A DNA stretch of 64,000 bases from Felis catus (taxonomy: Eukaryota): contig NC_058383.1 of the NCBI RefSeq assembly GCF_018350175.1, forward strand, positions 186,001-250,000. Reading direction: 5' to 3'. Positions 12,001 through 24,700 of the stretch are shown piece after piece. The notes under the pieces were generated by a model, which made no database searches, was not told the origin of the DNA, and was given only the letters and a program-made list of their open reading frames with translations. Both the position numbers and the translations under genes were made by a program. Within the stretch, counting starts at the first letter, position 1. Each line of letters begins with the position of its first letter.

Positions 12001-14931
12001 ACCCTACGTCTTTTGATTGGAGCGTTTAGTCCATTGACATTTAGAGTGAGTACTGAAAGATATAAATTTATTGCATTGTGTTGCCTGTAGAGTTGGAGTT
12101 TCTGATGGTGGTCTCTGGTCCTTTCTAGTTTTTGTTGCTTTTGGTCTTTCTGTTTCATCTTTTCTCCCCTCAGAGAGCCCCCTTAACATTTCTTGCAAGG
12201 CTGGTTTAGTGGTCACAAACTCCTTTAGTTTTTGTTTGTCTGGAAAACCCTTTATTTCTCCCTTATCTTGAATGACAGCCTTTCTGGAGAAAGAATTCTT
12301 GGCTGCATATTTTTCCGATTCAGCACGGTGAATATATTCTGCCACTCTTTTCTGGCCTGCCAAGTTTCTGTTTTCAGGTCGGCTGTCAACCTGACCTGTC
12401 TTCCCTTGTAGATTAAGGACTTTTTTTCCCTTGCTGCTTTCATATTTCTTTCCTTTCCTGGATTTGACTATGATATGCCTTTTTGATGGTCGGGTTTTGT
12501 TGACTCTAATGGGAGTTCTCTGTGCTCCTTGGATGGTGATGTCTGTGTCCGTCCCAGATTAGAAAAGTTTTCCCCTACAATTTGCTGACATAAACTTTCT
12601 GCCCCTTTTTCTCTCTTTTCATCTTCTGGGATTCCTATGATTCAAATGTTATCCCTCTTTTTCTAAGACTGATTTCTCTACTTCTTGCATTATGCTCTTT
12701 TGCCTTTGTTTCCCTATTTTTTCATGCTTACTTATTATCCATAATTTTGTCTTCTGTAATGCTGATTCACAACTCCGCTTTGTCCACTTTTTCCACCATG
12801 GCATCCATTCAAGATTGCATCTCGGTTATAGTAGTTTTAACTTCATCCTAACTAGATTTTACTTCCTTTATCTCCACAGGAAGGGAAATGGATTCTATGC
12901 TTTTCTCAGCCTGTGCTAGTATTCTTATTATTGTGGTTCTAAATTCTAGTTCAGACATCTTACCATATCTTTGTTGAATAAGCCCCTGGCTGCCATTTCT
13001 TCCTGTTATTTTAGTTTGAATTCCTTCACTTTGTCATTTTGGAGGAAGTAAAAACATTAATAAAATAAAAATTAAGTTAAAAAATTAAAAACACAAAAAA
13101 ATCAAGTAAAGGTAGCTATATGCTACGTGTGTTTCAGTCTGGTGGTTGAAAGAAGTTTGATAGAATAGAGGAATAAAGGAAATAAGTGAAAAAAATTTAA
13201 AAATTTAAAAAAGTAAGAAAAAGTTTAAAAATTTAAAACAAATATATACAACAAAATAGAATAAAATTAAATGAAGAAATTAAATAGAATAAAAATATTT
13301 ACCAAAATTTTTAAATTTTTTTTCAACGTTTATTTATTTTTGGGACAGAGAGAGACAGAGCATGAACGGGGATGGGGCAGCGAGAGAGGGAGACATAGAA
13401 TCGGAAACAGGCTCCAGGTTCTGAGCCATCAGCCCAGAGCCCCACGCGGGGCTCGAACTCACGGACCGCGAGATGGTGACCTGGCTGAAGTCGGACGCTT
13501 AACCGACTGCGCCACCCAGGCGCCCCCCAAAATTTTTTTAAAAACATGGTAAAACTAATTTTTTTTAAAAAAGGAAAATAAAAATATTTTTTTCCTTTCT
13601 GTATGCAAGAAAAAGAAAGGTGGAAAAGGAAAAAAAATCGAACACATGAACCAGCAGATAGAATGAAATGTGCATCAAGTTACATTCAGTTTCCCCTAGA
13701 ACTCCAACTATGAAGCACTCTGTAATCCATACTCTAAGCAGGCAGAGACGTTTGTGGTCATCCTCTAGGGCATGTGCTTAGAGGGCACAGTTGAGCAGGG
13801 CTTGATATAATGGCTCCATTTTCCACTAGGTGGTGCTGCTTTGCTTACTGGGCTGGATTGTTGTGGCATGTGAGCACGTGCATGCACATGCATGAGACAG
13901 GTGAAACTGGCATCACCCAGCTTCCTAGTTTCTGGCACAGGAACCCTGTGCTCTCACCCACCCGCAGTCAGGTACTCCTCCTTTGTCTCTGGCTTCCATC
14001 CACTCCCCGCTTCTACACTGTCCATGTCCAAGCGGTCAGCCTGCCAGGTGGCACCTTTCTCTATCAAATTTTATCTCAGATGGGGTTGTGTTTCCAAACC
14101 CCTCACTTCTGAGAACTCTGCTGCTTGGACCCACTCCGACCATCTGGGGAAGGGTCTCACTGAGCAATGGCTGGATGCTAGCTTACCCCAGAAAATGTTC
14201 ATGCGATCCTTGTAGTGGCAAAGGTTCAGAGATTATGGCAAATTACAACACATACAGCACCAGGTTTCACTCCACTCTGGCATCTTTGTTCCAATACCAG
14301 GAAATATGGCTGCTCTCCAGGGTCCGCTGGGACCTTTGCCTGTGGGGAGGCTGTATGGCCTCTACCAAATGCCCTCCAAGCAGGGGAACCACTTCTCCAC
14401 ATGTGGCCCACAGACCCCTCGGGCCTCACTCTCTGCTATTGGGGATTCACCCATCCCACCAGAGCACTGCCAGGTATTGAGCTCTGGAATTTCCAACTCT
14501 GTGCTCCCCTGTTTATAGAGTCCTAATGGTATTGAAACCCTCTCTTTTCTCCCCATCAATGGGGAGATTTCTGTTTGGGGAACAGATTTCTTGTTCAGTC
14601 CCTTATGGGTGTTTCCACTCTTTCTCTCAAGCAGCTTTCAGGGGAGTGTTTTTCCTGTTCTTTCCCAGTGCACCACACTCTCCCCCAGTTTCTCTGTCCT
14701 CTCCCCCCCCCCCAAAACAGCTCCTTACCATCCACGGCTTCTCTCTCCCCCACATAACCTCTCTGCACCACGTACCTGCCAAGTCCTGTGGCTCAAATAA
14801 TGCACATTGTTGTGTTAATCCTCAGATCAATTTCCTAAGTTTGCAAAAATGGTTTGGTGCTGATCTTGCTGCATTTCAAGGATGAGAGAAGCTGAGACCT
14901 TCCATGCTACTCTGCCATCTTGGCCCCACCC
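9020..14931 (-). mobile_element. Near full-length decayed L1 (5'UTR, ORF1, ORF2; 3' end missing)
   Basis: ORF track gives recognisable ORF2 pieces ([11 protein letters not shown]..., [19 protein letters not shown]...) and an ORF1 C-terminus (KAAREKKSLIYKGRQVRLTADL). 5' end at ctctgccatcttggccccaccc (~14910-14931). Confidence 0.92.
13313..13526 (-). mobile_element. Young CAN-SINE (SINEC_Fc-type) in L1 5' region
   Basis: CpG-rich, near-consensus head ggggcgcctgggtggcgcagtcgg (minus strand). TSD ccaaaattttt (13302-13312 / 13527-13537). Confidence 0.95.
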
Positions 14932-14934
14932 CGA

Positions 14935-15185
14935 GAAGTTTCTGTTTCTCTAAATCTAGTTCAGGATGTTACCAGTGGGAGAATTTTATGCAATATTTGG
15001 CCTAGCCCCTCAGCAACAAGCATGTGAGCCAACTGATAAAAATCTGAGAAACCAGGTTGGTAAGTTGGAATGAATATGTTAAATTGTTCAGCAAATGTAT
15101 CATGGTCTTCAGTCACTTTAGGGTATGCTCTAACTCTGGCTTGAAATTCAGCTTTAGTCTTATGCACATAAAATACTTGGGGTCT
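14935..15185 (-). mobile_element. ERV gag (capsid) remnant, upstream continuation of 7090-8989
   Basis: ORF 14961..15167 TKAEFQARVRAYPKVTEDHDTFAEQFNIFIPTYQPGFSDFYQLAHMLV resembles ERV1 capsid. Same strand as the other remnant and in the expected gene order. Confidence 0.7.
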
Positions 15186-15768
15186 GTTTATTTTGATGAA
15201 TTCCCAATAGCTTATTTTTGCTTTTGATTCCTTTGCCTTAGGAGATGTATCTAGAAAATTGTTGCTGTAACTAATGTCAGAGAAATGACTGCCTGTGTTT
15301 TCTTCTAGGATTTGTATGGATTTATGTCTTTAATCAATCTTGAGTTTATTTTTGTGTATGGTGTTACAAAGTAGTCAGTTTAATTGTTTTATATGTAGCT
15401 GTAGTTTCCCCAGAAGAAGTTATTAAAAAGGCTTTCTTTTCCGTATTGTATATCCTTGTCTCCTTAGTCATAGATTGGCCATCTACCTGTGGGTTTATTT
15501 CTGGGTTCACTATTCTGTTCCATTGATCTATGTGTCGGTTTTTGATCTAGTACCATCCTGCTTTGATTACTACAGCTTTATAGTAGATCTTCAAATCTGG
15601 ATTGTTCTATCTCCAGCTTTCTTCTTCTTTCTCATTATTGCTTTGGCTACTTGGGGTTTTCTGTGGTTCCATACGTATTTTAGGATTATTCTAGTTTTGC
15701 ACAAAAATCCTTTTGCTATTTTGATAGGGGTTGCATTGAATCTGTAGATTGCTTTGGGTAATATGGAC
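15186..15768 (-). mobile_element. L1 ORF2 fragment
   Basis: Typical minus-strand L1 text (gttccattgatctatgtgtc, gcattgaatctgtagattgctttgggta). Confidence 0.88.
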
Positions 15769-15769
15769 G

Positions 15770-18700
15770 TCCCAACACAGGAGTGTGGGCTTGTCAGACT
15801 TTGGTATTGGGTCTGCCTGGGGAGAGAGCCTTAGCTATGATTAGGGTTCCATCCAGGGACATCGCCATGGCTGAAGTGACACCAGGCTCGTGATGTCCCT
15901 TCAGGGCTTAAGTGAGGGCCCATGTGACATTGTGGGTCAAGTGTAGGGTTAAGTTTTGAGATAGTGTTAGGGTTCGGTTGAGGGTTCTGATTAGGGTTAA
16001 GTTTAGTGTTAGTTCCCATGAGACTCCAGATGCTGAACCCACAGCAGTGCATTTGTCTCCCTGAAGGGCTGAGTGGAGAGTACATGGAGTGTGCCAGTCA
16101 GGATCAGTTTTTGGGTTCCAGGAACCGACAACTATATGGGTCACTGGTCGGGTAGGCCTCAGGAATCCTCTCAGGCAGCTGCAGCTGGGCCTTGGAAACG
16201 ACATGGTGATGTTCAGGTTCATGCCGAGTAATCCTGCACTGGACCACAAGGGGTGTGGTGCTGTCAGACATTGGTATTTGTTCCCCATGGGTAGAGAACC
16301 TTATCTAGCATTAGGGTTTGGTCCAGGGACCTCACCAAGGCCACTGCGACTTCAGTCTCGTGATATCCCTCGAGGCCTCAAGTGAGGGCCCATGTGACAG
16401 TGAGGGTCTAGTTTAGGATTAGGTTTTGAGATAGGGTTACGATTCGGTTGAGGATTCTGGTTAGGGTTATGGTTAGGGTTAGGGTTAAGATTAGTATTAG
16501 GGTTAGGGTGAGGTCCCAGGAGGCTCCAGGCGCTAAACCCACAGCAGGGCAGTTGTCTTCCTGAAAGGCTGAGTGGAGGACAAATATGAGGGTGTCGGTC
16601 AGGATTAGTCTTTGGTTTCCAGGCACCCAAATCTATGGGCCAATTTTCGGGCAGGCCTCAGGACCCTCTCAGGCAGCTGAAGCCGGGCCTTGAAAAGAAC
16701 ATGGTGAAGTTCCAGGTTCTATGCCGAGTGATCCTGCACTTCTTCGTGACCCCAGGCATGTTGTGTTGTCAGATTTGGTATTGGTTCACCATGGGGAGAG
16801 AACCTTAGCTACGTTTAGGTTTCGTTCCAGGGACGTCGCCAAGGCCAAAGCAAACACAGTCTCGTGATCTCCCTCGAGGTCTGAAGTGAGGGCCCATGCG
16901 ACGGTGCAGGTCTAGTTTAGGGATAGTTTTCGAGATAATGTTAGGGTTTGGTTGAGGGTTCTGGTTAGGGTTAGGGTTATGTTCCAGGAGGCTCCAGGCA
17001 CTGAACGCACAGCACTGTAGTTGTCTCCCAGAAGGGCTGAGTGGAGCAAATGAGGTAGGGTGCCGGTCACCATTAGCCTTTGGGTTCCAAGGCAAGACAT
17101 CTCTATGGGAAATTGTCGGGTAGGGTCAGGAATCCTCTCGGGCAGCTTCAGCTGGGCCTTGGAAAGGACATGGTGTTGTTCGAGGTTCTATGCCAAGTGA
17201 TCCTGCACCTTTTCATGACCCCAGGAGCATGGTGTTGTCAGCCCTTGGTATTGGGTCCCCATGGGGAGACATCTTTACCTAGGATTAGGGTTCCTTACAG
17301 GTATGTCCCCAGGGCCGAACCGACTCCAGTCTCGTGATCTCCCTTGTGGGCTAAAGTGAGGGACCATGCGAAGGTGTGGGTCAAGTGTAGGGTTAGTTTT
17401 CGAGATGGGGTTAGGTTTCAGTTGAGGGTTCTGTTTAGTGTTAGGGTAGGTTTACGGTTAAGTCCCAGAAGGCTCTAGGTGCTGAAACCACAGGAGTGTA
17501 GTTGTCTCCCCAAAGGTTTGAGTTGAGGGCACAACGGAGTGTGCCGGTCAGGATTAGTCTTGGATCCCCAGACCAGACAACTCTATTGGCCAGTGGTTTT
17601 GTAGGTCTTAGGTATCCTCAAGGGCAGGTGCAGATGGGCCTTGGAAACACATGGTTATGTTCCAGGTTCTATGCCGAGTGATCCTGCACCTCTTCTGGAC
17701 CCCAGGCCCATGGTTTTGTCAGACTTTGTTATTGGGACCCATGGGGAGAGAACTTTACCTAGGGATAGGGTTCAGTCCAGGGATGTCGCCAGGGCTGAAT
17801 TGACTCCTGTCTTGTGGTCTCCCTCGAGGTATGAAATGAGGGCCCATGCGATGGTGAGGGTCAAATGTAGGGTTATGGTTCCATATTAGGTTGAGTGTTC
17901 TAGTTAGGATTAAGATTAGGGTTAGGGTTAGGTCCCAGGAGACTCCAGGCATTTACCCCACAGCAGTGCAGTTGTCTCCCTGAAAGACTGAGTGGAGGGT
18001 ACAAGAGAGGATTCTGTTCAGGATTAATGTTTGTTTTCCAATGCCACAGAACTCTATGGTCCACCGGTCCGGTAGGCCTCAGGAATTCTCTCTGGCAGCT
18101 GCAGACGCACCTTGGAAACAACATGATGTTCCAGGTCTATGCTGAGTAATCCTGCACCGCTTCATGACCCCAGGTGTGTGGTGTTGTCAGATTTGGGATT
18201 GGGTCCCCATGGGGAGAGTACCTTAAGTAGGGTTAGGGTTCGGTCCAGGGATATCGTCATGGCCCAAGAGACTCCAGTCTCGTGATGTCCCTCGAAGGCT
18301 GAAGTGAGGGCCCATTTGACGGTGTAGGTCAAGTGGAGAGTTATAGTTCAACATGGGGTTTGGTTTCGGTTGAGGGTTCTGCTTAGGGGTAAGTTAGGGT
18401 TAAGGTTACATCCCAGGAGACTCCATGCGGCGAACCCATAGCAGTGCAGTTTTTTCCCCCAACTCCTGAGTGGAGGGCACAAGGGAGGCTGCCGGTCAGG
18501 ATTATTCTTTGTGTTCCAAGGCCAGACAACTCTTTGGGTCACTGTTCAGGTAGGCCTGAGGAATCCTCTCGGGCAGCTGCAGCCAGGCCTTTAAAACGAC
18601 ATGGTGATGTTCCAGGTTTTATGCTGAGTGATCTTGCATCACTTCTGGCCACCAGGCACGTAGTGTTGTCAGACATTGGTATTGGGTCCCAATGGGGAGA

Positions 18701-21700
18701 GAGACTTACCTAGGATTACAGTTCTGTCCAGGGAAGTCACCAGGGCCAAAGCGACTCCAGTTTCATGATCTTCCTCGAGGGCTCTATTGAGTGCTGATAT
18801 GAGGGTCCTGGTCAAGTATAGGGTTTGGGTTAGAGATAGGTTTAGATGTAGCGTTAGGTTTATGGTTAGGGTTAGGGTTAGGTCCCAGCAGGTTCCAGGC
18901 ACGGACCCTACAGCCGAGCAGTTGTCTCCCCAAAGGGCTTAGTGGAGTACACAAGTGAGGGTCCACATCAGAATTAGGCTTTGGGTTCCAAAGCTAGAGA
19001 AATGTATGAGCCACCCATCAGGTAGGCCTGAGGATTTGTCTTGTGCAGCTGCAGCCGCGCTTTGGAAATGACATGGTTATGTTCCACGTTCCATGCCAAG
19101 TATTTCTGCACCGATTCTCGAACCCATGTGTGTGCTGGTGTCAGACTTTGGAATTGGGTCCCCCTGGGCAGAGAGTCTTAGCTACGTTTAGGGTTCGGTC
19201 CAGGGAAGTCGCCAGGGATGAAGTGACACCAGTGTTGTGAATTCCTTGGAGGGCTGAAGTGAGGGTACATGGGTGGCTGTGGGTCTGGTGTGGACTTAAT
19301 GTACTACATAGGGTTCGGTGTAGGGTGAAGGTTATGTGTAGGGTTACGTTTAGGGTTTGGATAGGTACCAGGAGACTTCAGGCACCTAACCCACAGCAGA
19401 GCATTGGTCTCCCTGAAGGGCTGAGTGCAGTGTAGAAGAAAGGGTGCCAGTCAGAATTAGTCTTTTTTGTCCAAGGCCGACAAATGTATGGGCCACCCCT
19501 CAGGTAGGCCTCAGGAATCCTCTCGTGCACCTGCTGTCGCGCTTTTCAAATGACATGGTGAATTTCCACATTCCATGCCGAATATTTCTGCACCAATTCT
19601 CGAACCCATGTGTGTGCTGTTGTCAGACTTTGGAATGGGGTCCCCATGGGGATAGACACTTAGATAGGGTTAGGGTTTGGTCCAGGGAAGTCCCAGGGCT
19701 GATGAGACCCCAGTTTTGTGATCTTCCTCGCGGTCTAAATTGAGGGCCCATGAGAGGATGCGGGACAAGTATAGGGTTAGGGTTAGAGACAGGTTTAGGT
19801 GTAGCATGAGGTTTATGGTTACATTTAAGTTTAGGGTTAGGGTTAGGTCCCAGCAGGTTCCAGGCACTGACCTCACATCAGACTTGTTGTCTCCCCAAAG
19901 GGCTTAGTGGAGTACACAAGGGAGGGTGCCGGTCACGGTTAGTCTTTGGGTTCCAAGGCTAGACAAATGTATGGGCCACCCTTCAGGTAGGCCTCAGGAT
20001 TCATTTCGTGCAGTTTCAGTCGCTCTTTGCAAGTGCAATGGTGATGTTTCACGTTTCATGCCGAGTATTTCTGCACCAATTCTCGAACTTGTGTGTGTGC
20101 TGTTTTCAGACTTTGGAATTGGGTCCCCATGGGGAGAGAGCCTTAGCTACGGTTAGGCTTCGGTCCAGGGAAGTTGCCAGGGATGAAGCAACACCAGTGT
20201 TTTGAATTCCATGCAGGGCAGAAGTGAGGGTACATGGGCGGCTGCGGATCTAGTATAGAGTTATTGTTCTAGTTAGGGTTAGATGTATGGTAAGTGTTAT
20301 GGTTAGCATTACGGCTACGGTTACGGTTAGGTCCCAGGAGTCTCCAGGCTCTGAACAACACCAGAGCAGTTGTCTACCCAAAGGGGTGAGTGGAGTTTAC
20401 AAGGGAGGGTGCCAGTCAGGAATAGTCTTTGGGTTCCAAGGCCAGAACAATGGATGGGCCACCCTTCTTGTAGGACTCAGGAATCCTCTCATGCAGCTGC
20501 AGTCGTGCTTTTCAAATGACATGATGTTCCACGTTCCATTCCAAGTATGCGCCGATTCTCAAACCCATGTGCATGCTGTTGTCAGACTTTGGAATTGGTC
20601 CCCAGGGGAGAGAGCCTTAGCTAGGGTTAGGGTTCGGTCCACGAAGGTCACCAGGGACGAAGTGACTCCAGTTTTGTGATCTTCCTCGAGGCCTGAATTG
20701 AGCGCCCATAAGAGGGTGCGGGTAAAGTATAGGGCTAGGGTTGGAGATAGGTTTAGATGTAGCGTGAGGTTTATGGTTAGGTTTATGTTTAGGGTTAGGT
20801 TTAGGTTTAGGTCCCAGCAGGCTCCAGGCACTGACCTCACAGCAGAGTTGTTGTCTCCCCTAAGGGCTTAGTGGAGTACACAAGGAAGGGTGCCGGTCAG
20901 GGTTAGTCTTTGGGTTCCATGGCTAGATGAAAGTTGGGCCATCGTTCATTAGGCCTCAGTATTCATCTCGTGCAGCTGCAGTCGCACTTTGCAAATGCCA
21001 TGGTGATTTCCACGTTCCATGCTGAGTATTTCTCCACCGATTCTCAAACCCGTGTGCATGCTGTTGTCCGACTTTGGAATTTGTTCCACTTGGGGAGAGA
21101 GCCTTAGATAGGGTTAGGGTTCGGTCCAGGGAAGTCACCAGATCCGAAGCTACTCGTTTCGTGATCTTACTTGAGGCCTGAATTGAAGACCCATGCGAGG
21201 GTGCGTGTTAAGTGTAGGCTTAGGTTTAGAGATAGGGCTAGGTGTAGGTTGAGGGTTATGCTTAGGGTACCGTTAGGGTCAGGTTTGGGTCCCAGGAAGC
21301 TCCAGGAACTGAACACACACAGAGCAGTTCTCTCCCTGAATGGCTGAGTAGAGTACACACGGAGGGTGCCGGTCAGTATCAGTTCGTAGGATCCAAGGCC
21401 AGAGAGATGTATGGGCCATCCTTGGAAATGACCTCAGGAATCCCGTTGTGCAGGTGCAATCGCGCTTTGCAAATGACATGGCGATGTTCCATGTTCCTTG
21501 CCGAGTATTTTTGCTCCGATTCTCGAACCCGTTTGTGTGCTGTTAGACTTTGGAATTGAGTCTCCATGGGGATAGACACTTAGCTAGGGTCAGGTTTCGG
21601 TACAGGGCATTCGCCAAGGCTGAAGCAAAACCACTGTTTTGAATTCCATGCAGGACTGAAGTGAGGGCCCATGGGTGGCTGTAGATCTGGTTTAGAGTTA

Positions 21701-24700
21701 GTGTGCTAGATAGGGTTAGGTGTAGGGTGAGGGTTATAGTTAGGTTTACAGTTACAGTTAGGTTTAGGTCCCAGGGGGCTCTAGGCACTGAAACCACAAC
21801 AGTGCTGTTGTCTCCACGAAGGGCTGAGGTGGTGTCCCCAAGGGAGGGTGTCAGTCAGGATAAGTCTTTGGGTTCCAAGGCCAGACACATGTATGGGCCA
21901 AATGTATGGATCACCCTTAGGGTAGGGTTCAGCAGTCCTCTTGTGCACCTGCAGTCACGCTTTGCAAATGACATGGTGATTCCATGCCAAGTATTTCTGC
22001 ATCGATTATCTAACCTGTGTGTGTGCTGTTGTCTGACATTGGGATTGGGTCCCCATGGGGAGAACGCCTTAGCTAGGGTTAGGGTTCGTTCCAGGGAAGT
22101 TGCCAGGGCCAAAGCGACACCAGTGTTGTGAATTAAATGGAGCGCTGAAGTGAGGGAACATGTGCAGTTGTGGGTCTGATGTAGAGCAAGTGGGCTACAT
22201 AGGTTTCAGTGTAGGGTGAGAGTTATGGTTAGGGTTACAATTGGGCTTAGGGTTATGTCCCAGGAGGATCCAGGTTCTGAACTCAAACCAGAGCAGTTGT
22301 CTCCCCCAAAGGGCTGAGTGAAGTTTACAAGGGAGGGTGCCGGTCAGGATTAGTCTTTGGGTTCCAAGGCCAGAAAAATGTATGGGCCACATTTTTTTTG
22401 GACTCAGGAATCCTCTCGTGCAGCCGCAATTGTGCTTTGCAAATGACATGGTGGTGTTCCATTTTCCATGCTGAGTATTTCTGCACCGATTCTCAAAACC
22501 ATGTTCGTGCTGTTATCAGACTTTGGGATTGGGTCCCCCTGGGGAGAGAGCCTTAGCTAGGCTTAGGGTTCAGTCCCGGGATGTCGCCAGGGCCAAAGGG
22601 ACTCTAGTTTTATGATCTTCCTGGAGGGCTGAATTCAGGGCCTATTTGAGGGTGCGGGTCAAGTATAGGGTTAGGGTTCATGATAGGGTTTGGTTTCGGT
22701 TGAGGGTTATGGTTAGGGTTAAGGTTCGAGTTAGGGTTAGGTCCCAGGAGGCTCCAGCCTCTGAACTCACACCAGAGCAGATGTCTACCCGAAGGCCTGA
22801 GTGTAGTATACAAGGGAGGGTGCTGGTCAGAATTAGTCTTTGGGTTCCAAGGCTAGACAAATGTATGGGCCACCCTTCAGGTGGGCCTCAGGATTCATCT
22901 TGTGCAGCTGCAGTCGTGCTTTGGAAATGACATGGTGATGTTCCACGTTCCATGCCGAGTATTTCTGCACCGATTCTCGAACCCGTGTGCATGCTGTTTT
23001 CAGACTTTGGAAATGGGTCCCCATGGGGAGAGTGTCTTAGCTACGGGTAGGCTTTGGTCCAGGGAAGTCGCCAGGGATGAAGCGACACCAGTGTTGTGAA
23101 TTCCATGGTGGGCTGAAGTGAGGGCACGTGGGCAGCTGCGGATCTCGTGTAGAGTTAGTGTTCTGGTTCTGGTTAGGGTTAGGTGTAGGGTGAGGGTTAT
23201 GGTTAGGGTTAGGTGTAGGGTGAGGGTTATGGTTAGGGTTATGTTTAGGGTTTGGGTTAGGTCCCAGAAGGCTCCAGGTACTGAACCCACAGCAGAGCAG
23301 TTGTCTCCCTGTAGGGCTGAATGGACTACACTAGGTAGGTTGCCAGTCAGGATTAGTCTTTGTCTTCCTAGGCCAGACAAATATATGGGCCACACTTCGG
23401 GTCAGCCTCTGGAATCCTCTTGTGAAGCTGCAGTCGCACTTTGCAAATGACACAGTGAATTTCCATGTTCCATGCCGAGTATTTCTGCACCAATTCTCAA
23501 AACCATGTGCGTGCTCTTGTCAGACTTTGAAATTGGGTCCCCATGGGGACAGAGCCTCAGATAGGATTTGGTTTCAGTCCAGGGATGTCCCCAGGGCCAA
23601 AGTGACATCAGTGTTGTGAATTCCTTGGAGGGCTGAAGTGAGAGCACGTCTGCGGCTGTGGGTCTGGTGTAGCTTAGTGAGATTGATAGGGTTAGGTGTA
23701 GGATGAGCATTATGTTTAGGATTAAGGTTAGGGTTAGGTTTACATCCAGGAGGCTCCAGGCATTGACCCCACAGCAAAGCAGATGTCTCCCTGAAGGGCT
23801 GACTGGAGTATACAAGGTAGGGTACTGGTCAGGATTAGTCTTTGGGTCCAAAGCCAGACACATGTATGGGCCACCCTTCCCATAGGCCTCAGGAATCCTC
23901 TTGTCTAAGTGCACTTGCACTTTGGAAATGACATGGTGATGTTCCACGTTCCATGCCAGGTATTTCTGCACTGATTCTCGAACCAGTGTGCCTGCTCTTG
24001 TCAAATTTGGAATTGGGTTCCCATGCCAAGTAATTCTTCACCTATTTTTGAACGCTTGTGCATGCTGTTGTCAAACTTTGGGTTTGGTTCCCCATGGGGA
24101 GACAGACTTAGATACGGTTAGTTTTGGATCACGAACGTCACCAGGGCCTTAGAGGCACCAGTCTTGTGAATTCCATGGAGGGCTGAAGTGAGAGCACATG
24201 TGCAGCTGTGGGTCTGGTGTAGACTTAATGAGATAGATAGGATTCGGTGAAGGTGATTTTACGGTTAGGGTTACTGTTAGGGTTAGGTCCCACGAGACTT
24301 CAAGCACTGACCCCAAACAGAGCAGGTGTTAACCTAAAAGCTGAGTGTAGTACACACGGGAGGGTGCCCGTCAGTCTTAGTATTTGGGTTCCAAGGCCAA
24401 CCAGATGTATGGGCCACCCTTTGGGTAGGCCTCAGGAATCCTCTCGTGCAGCTGCAGTCACGCTTTGGAAAAGACATGGTGATGTTCCAGGTTCTATGCT
24501 GAGTTTTCCTGCACTGCTTCTGGAGCCCAGGTGTGTGGTGTTGACAGACTTTGGTATATGTGCTGCCGAAGCGAGCACTACAGACTTTGGTATTGGGTCC
24601 CCATGGGGTGAGAGCCTTAGCTAGGGTTAGCGTTCACTCCAGGGATGTCGCCATGGCCAGAGACTCTAGTCTCGTGATCTTGCTGGAGGGATGAATTGAG

